A DNA stretch of 56,236 bases, the filler included, from Bipalium vagum (lineage: Eukaryota), in the NCBI GenBank assembly GCA_037834085.1. It is 3 parts of 3 records of this genome, joined end to end, with 100 filler letters (N's around TTAATTAATTAA, not from the genome) between each part and the next. Parts side by side here need not be neighbours in the genome. Positions count along the whole stretch, not along the records: positions 38,891 to 56,236 come from JBBMKC010070187.1; 2 more parts are not named here. One strand, given 5' to 3'. Under the pieces are notes generated by a model. The model searched no databases, was not told the origin of the DNA, and worked only from the letters and a program-made list of their open reading frames with translations. Numbering within the stretch: position 1 is the stretch's first letter; every line of letters starts with the position of its first letter. Of this stretch, positions 52,035 to 56,236 are shown piece by piece. A program made the translations under genes and the position numbers.

Positions 52035-52714
52035 TAAAACGTGGTGACAGCCGATATATCATTTATAATTAATAAGTTTGGGATGTTATGCTGCAAATAT
52101 GGAATGGTTTCGTGAATGACTGAATACGACGTGGCCTGCTAACAGTAATTATTTATTATTAAAGCTACTTTAACATTGTTATCCATATAATAATGAATTA
52201 TATTTTTACATAATTATGATTTAAACAGAAGATAAATAATAATTAAAACAATCCTTTATTATAAACACTGTCGAAATGCTAACAAACAATAATAAAGGAA
52301 AATCCAATACCTCTTCTTATGATTATTCTGTGAATATATTTTTTCGTTTAACTTAGCAGAAATAAATGATTGATGAACTAAACCGAACCTTCACGGTTAA
52401 TTAAGTAAATAAATTAATTAGAACAAATTAATATTTTGCTATTATTTGATATTTTATTTTGTTACATAACAATTTTTATCAGTAAACATAAATATAAAAG
52501 CTCTTTAAAACATTGTTACTAACAAGAATGAAAATAAGTAAATAACCATATTTGTTATAAAAATGAAATGTAATTTAAAATATGTAAAAGGAGATTAATA
52601 ATAATTAATTAATATTAACAAAAAAAATACTTAATAAGTATATATATGCTGGACATTTATTAATAAAATAAATGTATCATTTACAAAATACATTAGAGAA
52701 AAAATAGATTAAAA

Positions 52715-52751
<37 letters not shown>

Positions 52752-53139
52752 CAATATTATTAGTATTATTGTAATTATTTATAAAATATATTATTATGAG
52801 AGCCTTTTCTGACAAAGGTTTTAGGTAAAAATAAGATAATAAACAAACACTGGCAATAATATATAAAGTATTATAATTTGTAATTTTAATGAATTTTATC
52901 TTTAATTAATTCAAAAATAAATAAATAATAATAATAAATGAATAATAAAATAATTTTATAATATTAATAATAAAATGATACTGCTTAAAGTTTTAATAAA
53001 TTTTATAGACAAATATTTTTTATATAAAGTATGCATTTTTGAATCTGCACAAAAGTTCCAATAAAGAAATGAAAAAACGAAGAACAAAATTCTAACAAAT
53101 TGAAAGTTTGATAACATAACTAAAACTGACATTTCAATG

Positions 53140-53935
53140 TATAAAAGGGTTAACTCTATATCGATGAGCTTTTCTAAAACTTTTAGGCACTTTCTTCGTG
53201 GCTGTCTCAAAAATTCTCTCTTTCTGAGCGTAGGTTTGATTCTTCTCTGCAAGCATTGAATTGTTTTTGGTAGATATTTATTGTCTTGTTCTTTTTGTTT
53301 CAATTTCACCCAAAAATCCTCGTTTGGACGCATATGAGGAAGTCCATGGAACGTATGGACTTTTAAGCGCTTCATTTCTGATAAACTATCTCTGGCTGTG
53401 CTGAAGCAAGGTCTGACAAAAAAACAACATTTTCTCCTTGGAGGTATTTTGTGATGAAATCTGTAACTTTTGGCAAGCAAAATGTTTGGTAGCGCTCAGC
53501 ATTCATTGCTAGATCAGACTCGAAAATTTGAGATGAGACATTCCTTTCTCTGAAATGGCGAGGCACAACCAATCCTTTGATAGAAACTTGGTGCGCTCGA
53601 TAAATTTTAATTCGTCAGCAGTTTCTTTAAGAATGCTCATTGTAGTAAGTACCCTGCAATTCGTTGCCATCCAAGGTGAATCGTCCATGATGCAAGTTAC
53701 ATTATTTTTTGCTGCAAAAGTATTTGTCACTAACTTCTTCAGCCGTTGTTTGTGTATCTGTTTTTGCTGCAGAAATTTCGCGATTTTCTTTGGATCTGCA
53801 TATCTTATAATTATTTCTTGATAGTTTGCCTAGTGCAATGAAATTTCGTGACAAGTTCTCTGTAGGACTTAGCAATTCTTCTCACAGTTATATTATTAAG
53901 ATATCAAGGATATCATTTTATATTTTGCTTGCATT
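53140..53935 (-). mobile_element. DD37E (L31-like) transposase pseudogene
   Basis: CIMDDS, KFIERTKFLSKDWLCLAISEKGMS, AMNAERYQTFCL..FITKYLQGENVVFLSDLASA and PHMRPNEDFWVKLKQK resemble the MDDESY / KFPKKVLVWLAISEKGMS / FWPDLASSHY / PQLRPIEDFW motifs. Split over three frames. Confidence 0.8.
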
Positions 53936-54962
53936 TTTAGTGATGAAAATGAAAATTGAGATAATAATATTTATCACTTGATTAAAAAAAAAAGAAAATA
54001 CAAAAATTAAAGTGAAAGTCAAAATCAGTAAGCAATAATTGGTAAAGTCAAATATTGATATAAAATCAACAAAACATGTTTAAAAACTTTATTAAAAAGT
54101 ATTTAAAAAAACTATATAAGTTTATTTTGTCTCATCATGTAGATCTTCGTACTTGATTTTCAACTATGGTTCCCATTCCAGTGCTCCGTGAACGTAGGAT
54201 CTACAAAATCACATCTCTGATAATATCTGATTAATAAAGGAGGCTCATTTTGTTTTCCATTGTTAATTTCAAATAAATATTTTTTTATTTTTACTATTTT
54301 CAATTTAATATAAAGATTCTGCTTACGATTGGATTTAATAAAGAACTTGGGGAAATTTTCATCTTGAATCCAGCTTAATTTTTCCCGAAAACCAAATTCT
54401 CTCTTAATTTTTAAGAAATTATTTTGAAGTAGCTAAAAAGAGTGGGTTGAGTGTGACCAAAAAAGGAAATTTATTTTATTTTTGGTATTTAAAAACTCTT
54501 TCAAATTTATAATTTCATTTTGTCACTGTATAATGATCGTATTAAATATATTTGAGAATAACGAGCAGAAAAAATATAATAACGTTCACTTTCCTAGCTC
54601 TTTTGACTTTCTGTTATTATTCAGTAAAGAAGGTTTAATAATATAAATAATATAAATTTTATGATACATGGTGTTGCTCATAGAATGGCGTTTAAAAAAG
54701 ACAACTTGTAAAATATAAACATATGCGTGGCTGTCGACATAAATAAGAAATATTTTCAACCTCATATTATAAGAAGATTATTTGAGTAATCACTATAATC
54801 ATTTTTGTTTTAACAAGATAATTTATCAATAAAATAGATTAATCATATTTGAATTATTTAATATTAGTTTGAATATGTGAAATATTTCTTGGCTAGGTTT
54901 CTTTGAACGCATATTTTTTTCACTCTTTGATCATCCAATATTGTCTAATATTATTGAAAGAC

Positions 54963-55024
<62 letters not shown>
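54963..55024. repeat. (TAA)n microsatellite
   Basis: Perfect run. Confidence 0.95.
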
Positions 55025-55027
<3 letters not shown>

Positions 55028-55107
55028 CGATAATTATTATGCGTACCATTATTTTATGAAATCAGTTGAGTAAAAATAAAAATATAAAATCAATAAAATC
55101 AATTCAG

Positions 55108-55547
55108 TCTGCTTTATTGGCGATGATGGATCCAATTATACTCATTTGATGATGTTAAGCAATTCAACGTACACTCCGATGATACACAATTCCGGATCGC
55201 CGACACCCCAGAGACAAAGCATTCCAAACAAGGACAACAATCAATCGAACATGGATCATAATATATTCAATTGTGAAAATTTCCTAAATCCATCAGCGTA
55301 TATGCCTCCCATCCCAGTGTCGACAAAATCCCATATGAAAGGTTTCCTAACTTCACCTCACTATAAAGAGACAGAAAACTATGCGACACTAAAAGACAAA
55401 ATTCATGTTGATTTTAATTCAGTCAACATTGATCGAAATAATCACGCAATATCAATTACAAATCATAGTAATCCCATAGAAAATCCAGATTTCTGTCAAA
55501 AACAGAGAGATTTCAACTCTCCATATGTTACATCAAGTTTCGTTTAA
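55108..55547 (+). CDS. Terminal coding exon: disordered N/S/P-rich tail ending in the class I PDZ ligand SSFV (protocadherin-tail-like)
   Basis: Acceptor aattcag| at 55107 (phase 1); about 145 open codons with NYATL and YVTSSFV*. The SSFV ending recalls flatworm protocadherin tails (from memory). No cadherin repeats are present in the window. Confidence 0.6.
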
Positions 55548-56167
55548 GTTGTCATGCTTATTTGCAAATCATTTTCAACATGCGCATTTTATCAGTGGAG
55601 AAATTCTATGGAAAAGATTTAACAATTCTTATTATTTCATTTGATTCCTTTTTATGTATATGTAAAATTGTAAATTTTCTATGACATTTTTTCGATAATA
55701 AAGTATCTGTGTTTTATATAATCTTCAAGATTAAAATAATCAAATACAATTGAAAATATATTGTTTGTTTAAATGTATTGAAAATTAATTTTCCCTTTTA
55801 ATAAAATTACGTTTTGTGATATACAGATATAGAAATGTGATTTGAGAATAGATTAAGAAAAACAATCGTCTCAATATTCCATAATTGTACTGAATAGATG
55901 GAATTTTCATTGAAAAATTGTTTATATTTTATTATATTATTTTGTAATAAATATGAATATTAGAGCGACTTATTTATAATATGCTCCTTTGCAGACAAAA
56001 ATTAACAGGATTATAAAAATCTTTGTTTATATTTGAGTATTATCATGGCCATATTTATCTAGTAAAGCTGGCTAATACAATATTAAGTATATAATGTAAA
56101 ATCATTTTAAAAATCATTTAAATATATAATATATTATTAATAATATTAATTCGTATTATTTATTATA

Positions 56168-56169
<2 letters not shown>

Positions 56170-56236
<67 letters not shown>
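56170..56236. repeat. (TAT)n microsatellite running off the window end
   Basis: Perfect run. Confidence 0.95.

Noticed and set aside
1-56236. CRISPR arrays, rRNA/tRNA genes, prokaryotic operons
   Set aside because: None recognised by eye; the window is intron-containing eukaryotic DNA. A tRNAscan/Infernal run would be needed to exclude small ncRNAs.

Overview
A very AT-rich eukaryotic (animal) genomic scaffold with (AAT)n microsatellites, N gaps, GT-AG introns as short as about 50 nt and many decayed transposons. This profile, plus an SSFV-ending exon, suggests a planarian or other flatworm, but that is inference only. Supported host genes: (1) a minus-strand Axin-like gene (27401 to about 23205) with an Axin-type RGS domain, a clear GSK3-binding helix and a degenerate beta-catenin-binding motif, but no tankyrase-binding N-terminus and no recognisable DIX domain in the window; (2) a minus-strand CCDC142-like gene (12396-10823, 3' half not located); (3) a head-to-head, two-exon, basic orphan gene (14664-16851); (4) a plus-strand terminal exon ending in the PDZ ligand SSFV (55108-55547), resembling a protocadherin tail. 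The rest is mostly fossil IS630-Tc1-mariner elements of several lineages, hAT and Ty3/gypsy remnants, and three TIR-bounded non-autonomous elements. Two 100-nt spacers (44N-TTAATTAATTAA-44N) are artificial joins, so continuity across them is unproven. The most interesting candidate is the compact, apparently DIX-less Axin. All gene models and family calls were made by eye, using recalled reference sequences, and need RNA-seq and HMM confirmation.
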